Shown here: in pieces, positions 26,964 through 36,552 of the stretch
Position numbering within the stretch: position 1 is the stretch's first letter
Layout: the number at the start of each line of letters is the position of its first letter
Assembly (NCBI GenBank): GCA_021300195.1
Contig: JAJTIE010000003.1
Span: forward strand, 31,547-95,546
Direction of reading: 5' to 3'
Source: Bacteroidota bacterium
GTDB taxonomy: Bacteria > Bacteroidota > Bacteroidia > J057 > JAJTIE01
DNA: 64,000 nt
The notes under the pieces: generated by a model
What the model was told of the DNA's origin: nothing
What the model saw: the letters and a program-made list of their open reading frames with translations, nothing else
Database searches by the model: none
Program-made: the position numbers and the translations under genes

Positions 26964-28399
26964 GTATCCGGCTGAAAGACCGCGTGGCCCTGTACTATAT
27001 GGCCGCCACAGCCCTGCTGATGGCGCTGGCATTTGTAGCGCTCTACCTGGGTGTACGGCACGCCGTTATCCGAAACCTGGATGAGCTGCTGGCCTACGAG
27101 GCAGAGAAGCACCTGGCAGAGGTGGAAGCAGGGAGCACAGGCCTGTACTTTCGCAACCGGCAGGAGCTGGAGGAGCGAGAACACCGCGAAATCCAGACAA
27201 ACCCCATCTTCATCCAGCTGATGAGCACCAAGGGAAAGGTGATGGACAGATCGCCCAACCTGAAGGAATACTTCCTGAAACTGGACACCCTGGCACGGCA
27301 GCGCTACCGAAATGCCGAGCTGGGGCACACCGCCATACGCCAGATACAGGTGCCCGTGCTACAGCAGGGGCGGGTGCAGGGCTACCTGCTGGCGGCTCTG
27401 TCTCTGCAGTCTGCCCGATCTATCCTGCTGCAGCTGGGGCAGATACTTGTTTTGGCCTACGTGCTGCTGCTGCTGGGCTCCTACGCCGTCTCGCGCTTTC
27501 TGGCAGGCCGCAGCATCCGGCCTATACAAAAGATGACCGACACCCTCTCGCACCTTAGCCGGCAAGACCTGCAGCGGCGCGTGCCCCTGCCCGAGCACCG
27601 GGACGAGCTGTACCGGTTGGCCACCAGCTTCAATGACCTGCTAGACCGCATAGAGCAGGCTATGCAGCGCGAAAGACAATTCACCTCCGATGCCTCGCAC
27701 GAGCTGCGCACCCCCCTATCGGTACTGCGTGGCACGCTGGAGGTGCTGATACGCCGACAAAGAAGCGCTACCGACTACGAAGAAAAAATACGCTACTGCC
27801 TGGGTGAGATAGACCGAATGACCAGAATAACCGATCAGCTGCTGCTGCTGGCACGGCTGGAGCAGGGGGAAGACCTGCGGGCGGAAGCGTGGAGCGAGCT
27901 GCCCAGCCTGATAGACGAAACCCTGTGCCTGCTGCAAGCACCTATCCAGGAGAAGGGCCTACAGGTACGCTACACCCTGGCAGAGCCGGCTGTGGGCCAC
28001 CACATGGCTGTGCCGCACAGCTACACCCGCTTTATCTTGGACAATGTAATAGGTAATGCTGTAAAGTATGCCTACTCGGGCACGCCACTGACGATAGACC
28101 TGAGCCTGGCCGATACCGGCCCCGTGTGCCGCATCCAGGATGCGGGGGTAGGCATCCGCGAGGAGGACCTGAAGCAGGTGTTCGACAGCTTCTATCGGTC
28201 GGATGCGATGACAAACCGGCACATATCCGGCCATGGCCTGGGCCTGAGCGTGGTAAAGAAGTGTGCCGATGCCATAGGTGCCCGGGTAGAGATACAGAGC
28301 CGGCAGGGGCTGGGAACCACCGTGACGCTTTTTTTCACCAAATTGAACCAGGCAGATACAGGGCTTGGTGCCCATACACGAAGCCCGGAAAAGATTTAA
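26960..28399 (+). CDS. Sensor histidine kinase (CusS-like: two TM, HAMP, HisKA, HATPase)
   Basis: H-box SDASHELRTPLSVLRG and G-box GHGLGLSVVKK, with a periplasmic loop between two TM segments. Confidence 0.9.
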   Translation: MSIRLKDRVALYYMAATALLMALAFVALYLGVRHAVIRNLDELLAYEAEKHLAEVEAGSTGLYFRNRQELEEREHREIQTNPIFIQLMSTKGKVMDRSPNLKEYFLKLDTLARQRYRNAELGHTAIRQIQVPVLQQGRVQGYLLAALSLQSARSILLQLGQILVLAYVLLLLGSYAVSRFLAGRSIRPIQKMTDTLSHLSRQDLQRRVPLPEHRDELYRLATSFNDLLDRIEQAMQRERQFTSDASHELRTPLSVLRGTLEVLIRRQRSATDYEEKIRYCLGEIDRMTRITDQLLLLARLEQGEDLRAEAWSELPSLIDETLCLLQAPIQEKGLQVRYTLAEPAVGHHMAVPHSYTRFILDNVIGNAVKYAYSGTPLTIDLSLADTGPVCRIQDAGVGIREEDLKQVFDSFYRSDAMTNRHISGHGLGLSVVKKCADAIGARVEIQSRQGLGTTVTLFFTKLNQADTGLGAHTRSPEKI

Positions 28400-28477
28400 G
28401 GAGATCTTAAGAGACCGGTAAGAAGCGGCTAAGCCTGTACCCCTACTTTTGGTACACCTAATTCAGGAAACCCGCTC

Positions 28478-31400
28478 ATGCTAGACCAAATTATCCAATA
28501 CAGCATCCGGAACAAGCTGATCGTAGTGCTCTTCTCACTGGGCATTGTGGGCTTTGGCCTGTATGCACTCAGCGAGATACCCATAGGGGCGGTGCCCGAT
28601 GTTACCAACAATCAGGTACAGATCATCACCACCTCGCGCAACCTGGCTACCGAAGACGTAGAGAAGTTTCTGACCTACCCGGTGGAGCTGGAGATGGCCA
28701 ACCTGCCGGGTGTGAAAGAAATCCGGTCTATCTCTAAATTCGGACTCTCTGTCGTAACCGTCGTGTTCGAAGACCGGATAGGCACCTACCTGCCCCGGCA
28801 GCTGATAGCAGAGAAGATAAAGGCCGCCGAGGAAAAGATCCCGTCCGGCTTTGGCAAACCCTTCATGGGGCCTATTACCACCGGGCTGGGCGAAATCTAC
28901 CAGTATGTGATAGAGGTAGACAGCGCACACCGCAGAGACTATACGCTGAGCGACCTACGCACCATCCAAGACTGGACCATAAAGCGGCAACTAGCTGGTA
29001 TACCCGGCGTGGTGGAGGTGAACACCTGGGGGGGGCACCTGAAGCAGTATGAGGTGGCCGTAAACCCCGAGAAGCTGCGAAGCCTCGATATTTCGCTCAC
29101 ACAGGTATTTTCGGCCCTCAGCCGCAACAATAGCATTGCTGGCGGCGGGTACATAGAGAAGACCGACCAGACCTACTTTATCCGAGGCGAGGGCCTGCTA
29201 CGCACCACCGATGATATAGCGCGTATTGTAATAGAAACCCGGGCCGGCACACCGGTGCTGGTGCGCGATGTAGCCACCGTGGGCTTTGGACATGCCACCC
29301 GCTTTGGAGCTGTTACCGGCAATGGCAAGGGCGAGTACGTGCTGGGCCAAGTAATGATGCTGAAGGATGCCAACTCGAAAGCGGTGATAGAAGCCGTGAA
29401 GGCACGCGTGGCGCAGATCTCTACCTCGCTGCCCCCCGGTGTGTCCATCAACCCCTTTCTGGAGCGCAGCGAGCTGATCGGAAAAACCAGCTTCACCATC
29501 TTGGAAAACCTGATACTGGGCTGCCTCATCGTCATCTTTGTGGTTATCCTGCTGCTGGGAAACATACGGTCGGGCCTGGTGGTGGCTTCCGTTATTCCGC
29601 TCTGCCTGCTGTTTGCGCTCTCGCTCATGTACATTTTTGGCGTAGATGCCAACCTGATGAGCCTCGGAGCCATAGATTTTGGCATTATCATAGACGGTGC
29701 GGTCATCATCATCGAATACATAGCCTTCCGGATCAGCGCACAGCGTGCCAGCCTGCTGGGCCTGCCACGCGCACAGCAGCAGGCACGCATAGACGAGATT
29801 ACCCATAGCGGAGCTACCAAAATGATGCACTCTGCCGTGTTTGGCCAGGTTATCATCATACTGGTGTTTATCCCCATCCTCTCGCTGGTGGGGGTAGAGG
29901 GGAAGATGTTTCGCCCCATGGCCCTGGTCTTCTGTTTTGCTCTGCTAGGGGCTATGCTTCTGTGCTTTACCTACGTGCCGGTCATGGCCTCGCTCTTCAT
30001 CCGCCCTGCCGCATCCGAACGGGATAACCCATCGAAACGGCTGATCCGCTTTCTCGACCGCCTGTACCGGCCCTCCATCCTATGGGCGCTACGCCGAAAA
30101 GCCCTGGTGCTGGGGGCAGCAATAGGCCTGCTGCTGGGGGTGTTTTTCCTCTTCACCCGCATGGGTGGCGAGTTTGTGCCCACACTGGATGAGGGCGATT
30201 TTGTGATCCAGCCGGTGCTAAAAACCGGCACCACCCTCACAAACACAACCCACATGACTACACGAATAGAGAAAATCCTGAAACGCTTTCCCGAGGTAAA
30301 GCAGGTAGTGAGCCGCATAGGCGCTGCCGAGGTGCCCACGGACCCCATGTCGATGGAAGAGAGTGATGTGATTATCAAGCTGCTGCCTCAGTCGGAATGG
30401 ACCTCGGCCACCAGCAAGGATGCCCTGGCGGATACCTTCAAGGCAGCCCTGGCGGAAATTCCGGGTGTGGACTTTGAGTTTACGCAGCCGATCGAAATGC
30501 GCTTCAACGAGCTGATAACAGGTGTGCGGGCCGACCTGGCCATCAAGATATTCGGCGAGGACCTGGACCTGCTGTACAAAAAGGCCCTGGAGGTAGAGCA
30601 AGCCATACAGGGCATAGAGGGTGCCGCAGACATAACCGTGGAAAAGGTGGCAGGGCTGCCCCAGATATCTGTGCAGTACGACCGGCAGAAGATAGCCAAG
30701 TACGGCCTGAATGTGGAAGACCTGAACCTGCTGGTTACCTCGGGCTTTGCCGGTGCCACGGCGGGCACCCTGTTCGAGGGCGAAAAGCAGTTTGACCTTG
30801 TGCTACGCTTCGACCCCGAGCACCGCCATGGGATAGAGGATATAGAGATGGCAAGCGTGCAGCTGCCAGATGGCGGGCAGCTGCCGCTAAGTGAGCTGGC
30901 CACCGTGCGCTATAGCACCGGCCCCGCCAAAATATCGCGCGACAACACAAAGAGAAGAATCGTGATCGGGGTAAACGTGCGAAACCGCGACCTGGAATCG
31001 GTGGTGGCCGATGTGCAGCAGGCCATAGCGCGGCAGGTGGTGCTCCCCCGGGGCTATAGCATAGACTATGGGGGGCAGTTTGAGAACCTGCGCACGGCGC
31101 GGGGCCGGCTCGCGATAGCCGTACCCATTGCCCTGGTTCTCATCTTCATTCTGCTTCACTTTGCGTTTGGCTCCCTGCGCGAGGCACTGATTATCTACAG
31201 CGCCATCCCCATGTCTGCCGTAGGTGGGGTGCTGCTGCTCTACCTGCGGGATATGCCCTTTAGCATCTCGGCCGGGGTAGGCTTCATTGCCCTGTTTGGC
31301 ATTGCGGTGCTGAATGGCATTGTGCTAATCGAGGAATTCCGCGAGCTAAAGGCACATGGGGTGCATAATATCCACCGGCGCATCCTGCTGGGTACACGAA

Positions 31401-32857
31401 ACCGGCTGCGGCCCGTGCTGCTTACTGCCAGTGCTGCCGCCATGGGCTTCCTGCCCATGGCCATCTCTACCTCGGCCGGGGCCGAGGTGCAGCGCCCACT
31501 GGCCACTGTGGTAGTAGGTGGCCTGGTATCGGCCACCCTGCTTACCCTCATTGTGCTGCCGGTGCTCTATGCTGTTTTCGACCAACGCGCAAAAAAGAAA
31601 AAACTGCTAGCCCCGCATAGTCTACCCGTGCTAGCTGCCCTGCTACTGGGCCTGGGCCTGGTGCTGCCCACAGGCACGGCACGTGCCCAGCAAACGGCTG
31701 CACCTGTAGCCGCGCATCGGGCCATCTCGGTAGAGCAGGCCATAGAGATCGCCCTGCAGCGCAATGCCGGCCTGGGCGCATCGGCCCAGCGGGCAAATCT
31801 GGGCCAGCAGCTAGTAGGCACCGGCATAGACATCGGAAAGACCGAGATCTACTACGGCCGAGACGAGAACAACATAGCCCCAAACAACCTGCCACTAAAT
31901 GTGTGGGGCATCAACCAGGCCCTACAGTTCCCCACCGTGTACGGTGCCCAGCAGCGGGCGCTGCGGGCACAGGCCACCCTGGCGCAAGACCGCTATGCCA
32001 TAGACCGGCAGCGCCTGCAGAAGGAGGTGACCTGGGCCTACTATGAGGTAGTGTACTGGGAGCAGATGCAGCGGCAGTACCGCCTGCTAGACAGCATCTA
32101 CCAAAGCTTTCGACAGGGGGCCGACCGCAGGCAGGCAGCAGGAGAAACCAACTACCTGGAGCAGCTAACGGCCCAAACCAAGGCCGACCAGGTGCACGTG
32201 CAGCTGCTGCAGATCCGGCAGAATGTACAAGGTGCCTACAGCCGCCTGCAGCAGTGGATGCAGGCAGACACCGCCTACCGGGTGCAAGACACCGCCCTGG
32301 TGCGCCTGCTACCCACACCCATAGATAGCCTGACGCATCCGGTGCTGGCCTACTACCAGGATGCCATCCTGGCAAGCCAGGCGCAGTGGAAGCTGGCGCG
32401 CCAGCGGCTACTGCCCGACCTAAACCTAACCGCCTTCTACGGCACCAACAATGGAACCGGCAGGCAGGGCTACTCCGGCTTTCAGGTAGGCCTGGCGGTG
32501 CCCCTGTGGTTTGGTGCCCAGAAGGCCCGAATCGCCTCGACCCGTACGGAGCAGACTGTCCTGCAGCTGCAGAACGAAGACTACCGCCGGCAGCTGCTGG
32601 CCCGCTATGAAGCCCTGCTGGCCGAGCGCACCCGGCACGAGCAGCAGCTGGATTTCTACAAAAACACCGGCAAAGCCCTGGTGCACCAAACGCGCCTGCA
32701 CGCAGGAGCTGCCTTCCGGGCCGGCGAGATAGACTACCTGGAATTCGTGCAGCTGCAAGAGCGTGCTGCCGAACTGGAGTTCTCCTACCTCACGTCCCTG
32801 TATCAATACAACCGGGCTGTGCTGGATGCCAACTATTTGATTGACTTTTTACCATGA
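28478..32857 (+). CDS. CzcA/CusA-type heavy-metal RND efflux pump fused in frame to a CzcC/TolC-family outer-membrane factor
   Basis: 1459-aa continuous ORF. Residues 1 to about 1040 have the RND architecture (MLDQIIQYSIRNKLIVV..., two large periplasmic loops, 12-TM pattern). Next comes KKKK plus the hydrophobic LLAPHSLPVLAALLLGLGLVLPTGTARA. Residues from about 1075 to 1459 are OMF-like (ISVEQAIEIALQRN, ETNYLEQLTAQ, GEIDYLEFVQLQ). Confidence 0.85.
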   Translation: MLDQIIQYSIRNKLIVVLFSLGIVGFGLYALSEIPIGAVPDVTNNQVQIITTSRNLATEDVEKFLTYPVELEMANLPGVKEIRSISKFGLSVVTVVFEDRIGTYLPRQLIAEKIKAAEEKIPSGFGKPFMGPITTGLGEIYQYVIEVDSAHRRDYTLSDLRTIQDWTIKRQLAGIPGVVEVNTWGGHLKQYEVAVNPEKLRSLDISLTQVFSALSRNNSIAGGGYIEKTDQTYFIRGEGLLRTTDDIARIVIETRAGTPVLVRDVATVGFGHATRFGAVTGNGKGEYVLGQVMMLKDANSKAVIEAVKARVAQISTSLPPGVSINPFLERSELIGKTSFTILENLILGCLIVIFVVILLLGNIRSGLVVASVIPLCLLFALSLMYIFGVDANLMSLGAIDFGIIIDGAVIIIEYIAFRISAQRASLLGLPRAQQQARIDEITHSGATKMMHSAVFGQVIIILVFIPILSLVGVEGKMFRPMALVFCFALLGAMLLCFTYVPVMASLFIRPAASERDNPSKRLIRFLDRLYRPSILWALRRKALVLGAAIGLLLGVFFLFTRMGGEFVPTLDEGDFVIQPVLKTGTTLTNTTHMTTRIEKILKRFPEVKQVVSRIGAAEVPTDPMSMEESDVIIKLLPQSEWTSATSKDALADTFKAALAEIPGVDFEFTQPIEMRFNELITGVRADLAIKIFGEDLDLLYKKALEVEQAIQGIEGAADITVEKVAGLPQISVQYDRQKIAKYGLNVEDLNLLVTSGFAGATAGTLFEGEKQFDLVLRFDPEHRHGIEDIEMASVQLPDGGQLPLSELATVRYSTGPAKISRDNTKRRIVIGVNVRNRDLESVVADVQQAIARQVVLPRGYSIDYGGQFENLRTARGRLAIAVPIALVLIFILLHFAFGSLREALIIYSAIPMSAVGGVLLLYLRDMPFSISAGVGFIALFGIAVLNGIVLIEEFRELKAHGVHNIHRRILLGTRNRLRPVLLTASAAAMGFLPMAISTSAGAEVQRPLATVVVGGLVSATLLTLIVLPVLYAVFDQRAKKKKLLAPHSLPVLAALLLGLGLVLPTGTARAQQTAAPVAAHRAISVEQAIEIALQRNAGLGASAQRANLGQQLVGTGIDIGKTEIYYGRDENNIAPNNLPLNVWGINQALQFPTVYGAQQRALRAQATLAQDRYAIDRQRLQKEVTWAYYEVVYWEQMQRQYRLLDSIYQSFRQGADRRQAAGETNYLEQLTAQTKADQVHVQLLQIRQNVQGAYSRLQQWMQADTAYRVQDTALVRLLPTPIDSLTHPVLAYYQDAILASQAQWKLARQRLLPDLNLTAFYGTNNGTGRQGYSGFQVGLAVPLWFGAQKARIASTRTEQTVLQLQNEDYRRQLLARYEALLAERTRHEQQLDFYKNTGKALVHQTRLHAGAAFRAGEIDYLEFVQLQERAAELEFSYLTSLYQYNRAVLDANYLIDFLP

Positions 32858-34008
32858 AAATGCTTCCCATAAAACCTGCAACCCTACTCCTGTGCGGGCT
32901 GCTGCTAGCCGCATGCAGCTCGGGCACAGACTCTGCCAGCTCCGATGCAAAGAGTAAGGCTGCTGCCGTACCGGCTACGGTAAAGCTTACGGCCCGGCAG
33001 TTTGCATCCTCGGGCATGGCCCTGGGTAAGATAGAACCGCATGACTTCCGGCAAGTGGTGCGAGCAAATGGCGTACTGGATGTGCCGCCAGACCGGCGCG
33101 TAACCATTAGCTCCTACTTTGGCGGCACGGTGCGAGATATACCCAAACTGGAGGGCCAGTATGTGCGGCATGGCGAGGTGCTGCTCTCGCTAGAGAGTCC
33201 GGAGTTTGTGCAGATCCAGCAGGACTACCTGGAGGCGCAGGGCAGGCTAACGTATCTGAAATCGGACTATGAGCGACAAAAGGAGCTGGTAAAGGACAAA
33301 GTAACCTCCGAAAAAACGTATCTGAAGGCAGAATCAGACTACGCCGTAACCCGGGTACAGGTGGCCTCGCTGGCCAAAAAACTTAGCCTCATGAACATAG
33401 ACCCCTCCGGACTTAGCGCAGAAAAATTGCAGAGCGTAATCTACATGCGGGCGCCCATCAGCGGATACATTACCCGGATAGACGTAAACCGGGGCGACTT
33501 CCTGAACGCCGCCGCCGCCGGCATACAGATGGTGAACACCGAGCACCTGCACCTGGAACTCAATGTATTCGAGAAAGACCTGCCCAAGATACAGGAGGGG
33601 CAGGCCATCCAGTTCAGCATTCAGCAGGACCCAGGCACTACCTACAGGGCCACCGTGCACCTGGTGAATAAGGCCATAGACCCGAAGACCCGTACCATAC
33701 GCGTGCACGGGCACCTGGCAGATGCAGCGGCAGCACGCTTCAGCCCAGGCATGTATGTAGAGGCCGCTATCTCTACGGTATCTACCTCCAGGCCCGCCCT
33801 GCCCGCAGATGCAGTAGTGGCGCTAGGCAGCAGGAAGTATGTGCTGATGGCAGCGGGCCAGCCAGATAGCACCGGAACCCTGCTGAAGCGGGTGGAAGTA
33901 GAGACTGGCCTGGCCGACGAGGAGGCCATAGAGATAAAGAACGCCAACACCCTGCCCGCAGGTGCACAGTACCTGGTGCGGGGTGCCTTCGGGCTGATAA
34001 ACGAGTAG
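32854..34008 (+). CDS. Efflux RND periplasmic adaptor (CzcB/CusB, HlyD family) lipoprotein
   Basis: Lipobox LLLAAC, a coiled-coil hairpin region and beta-barrel domain pattern. It has an ATGA overlap with the preceding ORF. Confidence 0.88.
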   Translation: MKMLPIKPATLLLCGLLLAACSSGTDSASSDAKSKAAAVPATVKLTARQFASSGMALGKIEPHDFRQVVRANGVLDVPPDRRVTISSYFGGTVRDIPKLEGQYVRHGEVLLSLESPEFVQIQQDYLEAQGRLTYLKSDYERQKELVKDKVTSEKTYLKAESDYAVTRVQVASLAKKLSLMNIDPSGLSAEKLQSVIYMRAPISGYITRIDVNRGDFLNAAAAGIQMVNTEHLHLELNVFEKDLPKIQEGQAIQFSIQQDPGTTYRATVHLVNKAIDPKTRTIRVHGHLADAAAARFSPGMYVEAAISTVSTSRPALPADAVVALGSRKYVLMAAGQPDSTGTLLKRVEVETGLADEEAIEIKNANTLPAGAQYLVRGAFGLINE

Positions 34009-34084
34009 CCCGCTGCAGAACCCGGCTGGTGCCAGCACCTGGGGGTTTCGGTATCCGCGCATTTTTGTCTACTTTTAGGCTGGG

Positions 34085-36352
34085 ATGAAGTCTGGTCAAG
34101 TCTTGCTACGCCTTGCAGGCCTGCTGGCTAGCCTGATGCCTGTGGCCCCCGGGCTACAGGCGCAGGAGCTGAAGCTGATGCACAGCCGATCGGTATACCT
34201 GCGCTACAGCAATACTGAGCAGGGGGCTGGCAGTAGCGCTGAACCCTATCTGGACTTTGAAAACATCAACAAAATCCCCTATTACACGGACAAAGACAGC
34301 CGAAACCGAATACAGGACCTGACCCAGGAAGCAGCCACCAACTACCCGGAACTACAGCAAGAAATGCTGGACTATGTGCTGAAGTTTGGGATACAAAACT
34401 TTGGCCAGCAGTACGACCTGGACCTGATATGGCAGCTGGGCCAGCTGCACGAGCTGCAGCAAGACACCACTACCGCCATGCTGCTATACAGCATAGCCCT
34501 AAACAACCACAGCCAGCACTACCCACAGGTACGCAAGTACTACGAGGCCCTGTACGCCCCCGCCCACAGCGAGTGGGTAGACCTGGACTACTACTACCGG
34601 GTGGTGGAGGCACGCCGAAAGATAGACACCCTGATTCCGCCCCGGAAGGTATTGCTGCGCCTGGATAGCACCATCAACGCCGTGAACAAGCCGGACTATG
34701 CCCCCTACATGCACCCCTACGGCGATGTGCTGATCTACACCAGCCGCCGTAGCGAGCTGGACCTGGTAGCCGGGCCAGACGCACAGCCGGCCGAGGACCT
34801 GTACTACAGCCTGCCCGACCCCGTTACGGGCAAGTGGACCCCGAGCGAGCGATTCTCCGACAACATAAATTCGGCCTACAATGAGGGGTCGGCCTGCCTG
34901 AACCAGGAGGGCATCCAGCTCATCTTCAGCCGCTGCAATGCACCCGATGGCCTGGGCCTGTGCGACCTGTACATAAGCAGCTGGAAGAATGGCACCTGGA
35001 CGCAGGCCGTAAACCTGGGGCCTAACGTAAACAGCCCCGACTGGGACAGCCACCCCTGCCTGAGCCCCGACGGACGCATACTATACTTTGTGAGCAACCG
35101 GGGGGGCGGCTTTGGCCGTACGGACATCTGGATGTGCCGCCGAAACAAAGACGGCAGCTTTCAACCTGCCGAAAACCTGGGCCCCGTGGTAAACACCATC
35201 GAGGATGAGGTAACGCCCTTTTTGCACCCCATCAATGAGACCCTGTACTTTAGCAGCACCGGGCACCTGCATGGCAATGGCGGCTTCGACATATACAAAA
35301 CCCGCCAGGCAAACCGCCAGTGGGAGCAGCCCCGAAACCTGGGCCCCCTGGTGAACGGCCCGCAGGATGAGTACTATTTCTCCATCGACCGGAAGGGAGA
35401 AAACCTGTTCTACGCCCGTTCGAGCGAGCAAAACGCCCGCGATTTCGACATCTACTCCTTCCCCATGCCCATGGAGGCCAGGCCCGATGCCGTATACAAG
35501 CTGAAAGGCTACCTGATAGACAGCCTTACCCAAAAGCCCATAAACGGCATTGTGGTGGCCATAGACCTGGATAAGGGGGTAGAAATAGCCCCCGTACATA
35601 TTAATAGCACCGGCTACTTCGAGTTCAACCTGGTGAACAACCGGCAGTACCAGCTGCTCATCCTGGGCGAGAATGCCTTCCGGATAGAAGACCAAAGCGG
35701 CCTGAGCCAAGACAGTGTCTTCGCCATCCTGGAGCAAAGCATTCTCCACCTGAAGCCCGTTGTATTCGGCCAGCTTACCTTTGCGGCAGACGATGCGGGC
35801 ATCAACCCCGTGGTGAAGGAGAAGCTGGCCCCCCTGGTGGAATTTCTGAAGCGGCACCCGGGCAGTAGGCTGGAGATACGGGGCCACACCGACAGCGACG
35901 GGAAACCTGGCTACAACCTGAAACTGAGCCGAGAGCGGGCCCAGAACATAAAAACCTACCTGATAGAGCAAACAGGCATGCCCGACCTGAAGATAGCGGC
36001 CCAGGGCTATGGAGACACGCGCCCCGTATTCCCCAATGATAGCCCTGCCCACAAGGCACGAAACCGGCGGGTAGAGTTCGAAATCTTCCTGCCCGAGGCG
36101 GAACGCCAAAACATCCTGCGCAGGCACCAGCCACCCGTGCAGCTGAGCCTGAACCCCCAGGCGCTGGACACCCTGCCCGATGACCAGCTACGCAAGTACG
36201 AAGAAGAAATACTGAACGAGGGGCTGGATGACCTGGAAGCGCAGCTGGAAGCACAGACGGAAGACCCCCTGCCGGTGCCCGACGAACCTGCATTCCGGTT
36301 TATGAAACCCGAACTGGAGGCACCACGGGAAACCGAACCAAACGAAAAATGA
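34085..36352 (+). CDS. PorE-like protein: TPR-like N-terminus, TolB-type (PD40) beta-propeller, carboxypeptidase-regulatory-like domain and OmpA_C peptidoglycan-binding domain
   Basis: Signal peptide, then PD40-like repeats (PCLSPDGRILYFVSNRGGGFGRTDIW, LYFSSTG...GGFDIYKT, LFYARS...DFDIYSF). A CRD-like segment follows (LKGYLIDSLTQKPINGIVVAIDL). The OmpA motif is RLEIRGHTDSDGKPGYNLKLSRERAQ...NRRVEFEI. The last ~100 aa form an acidic C-terminal tail. Confidence 0.7.
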   Translation: MKSGQVLLRLAGLLASLMPVAPGLQAQELKLMHSRSVYLRYSNTEQGAGSSAEPYLDFENINKIPYYTDKDSRNRIQDLTQEAATNYPELQQEMLDYVLKFGIQNFGQQYDLDLIWQLGQLHELQQDTTTAMLLYSIALNNHSQHYPQVRKYYEALYAPAHSEWVDLDYYYRVVEARRKIDTLIPPRKVLLRLDSTINAVNKPDYAPYMHPYGDVLIYTSRRSELDLVAGPDAQPAEDLYYSLPDPVTGKWTPSERFSDNINSAYNEGSACLNQEGIQLIFSRCNAPDGLGLCDLYISSWKNGTWTQAVNLGPNVNSPDWDSHPCLSPDGRILYFVSNRGGGFGRTDIWMCRRNKDGSFQPAENLGPVVNTIEDEVTPFLHPINETLYFSSTGHLHGNGGFDIYKTRQANRQWEQPRNLGPLVNGPQDEYYFSIDRKGENLFYARSSEQNARDFDIYSFPMPMEARPDAVYKLKGYLIDSLTQKPINGIVVAIDLDKGVEIAPVHINSTGYFEFNLVNNRQYQLLILGENAFRIEDQSGLSQDSVFAILEQSILHLKPVVFGQLTFAADDAGINPVVKEKLAPLVEFLKRHPGSRLEIRGHTDSDGKPGYNLKLSRERAQNIKTYLIEQTGMPDLKIAAQGYGDTRPVFPNDSPAHKARNRRVEFEIFLPEAERQNILRRHQPPVQLSLNPQALDTLPDDQLRKYEEEILNEGLDDLEAQLEAQTEDPLPVPDEPAFRFMKPELEAPRETEPNEK

Positions 36353-36552
36353 GGACACCTGCACGATGCCCTACGGCACCGATACAGACGGCACAACATA
36401 CAACTCAAACGGCATTTTGTACCGTCCAGCCCTATCGCGGTGGATTTAGAAATCCAAAGGCCTATATTTACGTTGTTTTATCAAGATCAGGCAAAAAAGT
36501 GTTTTTCTTCTTGTTTTGACTTAATTTCAAGCGTTTTTTTCTAAAATCCATT

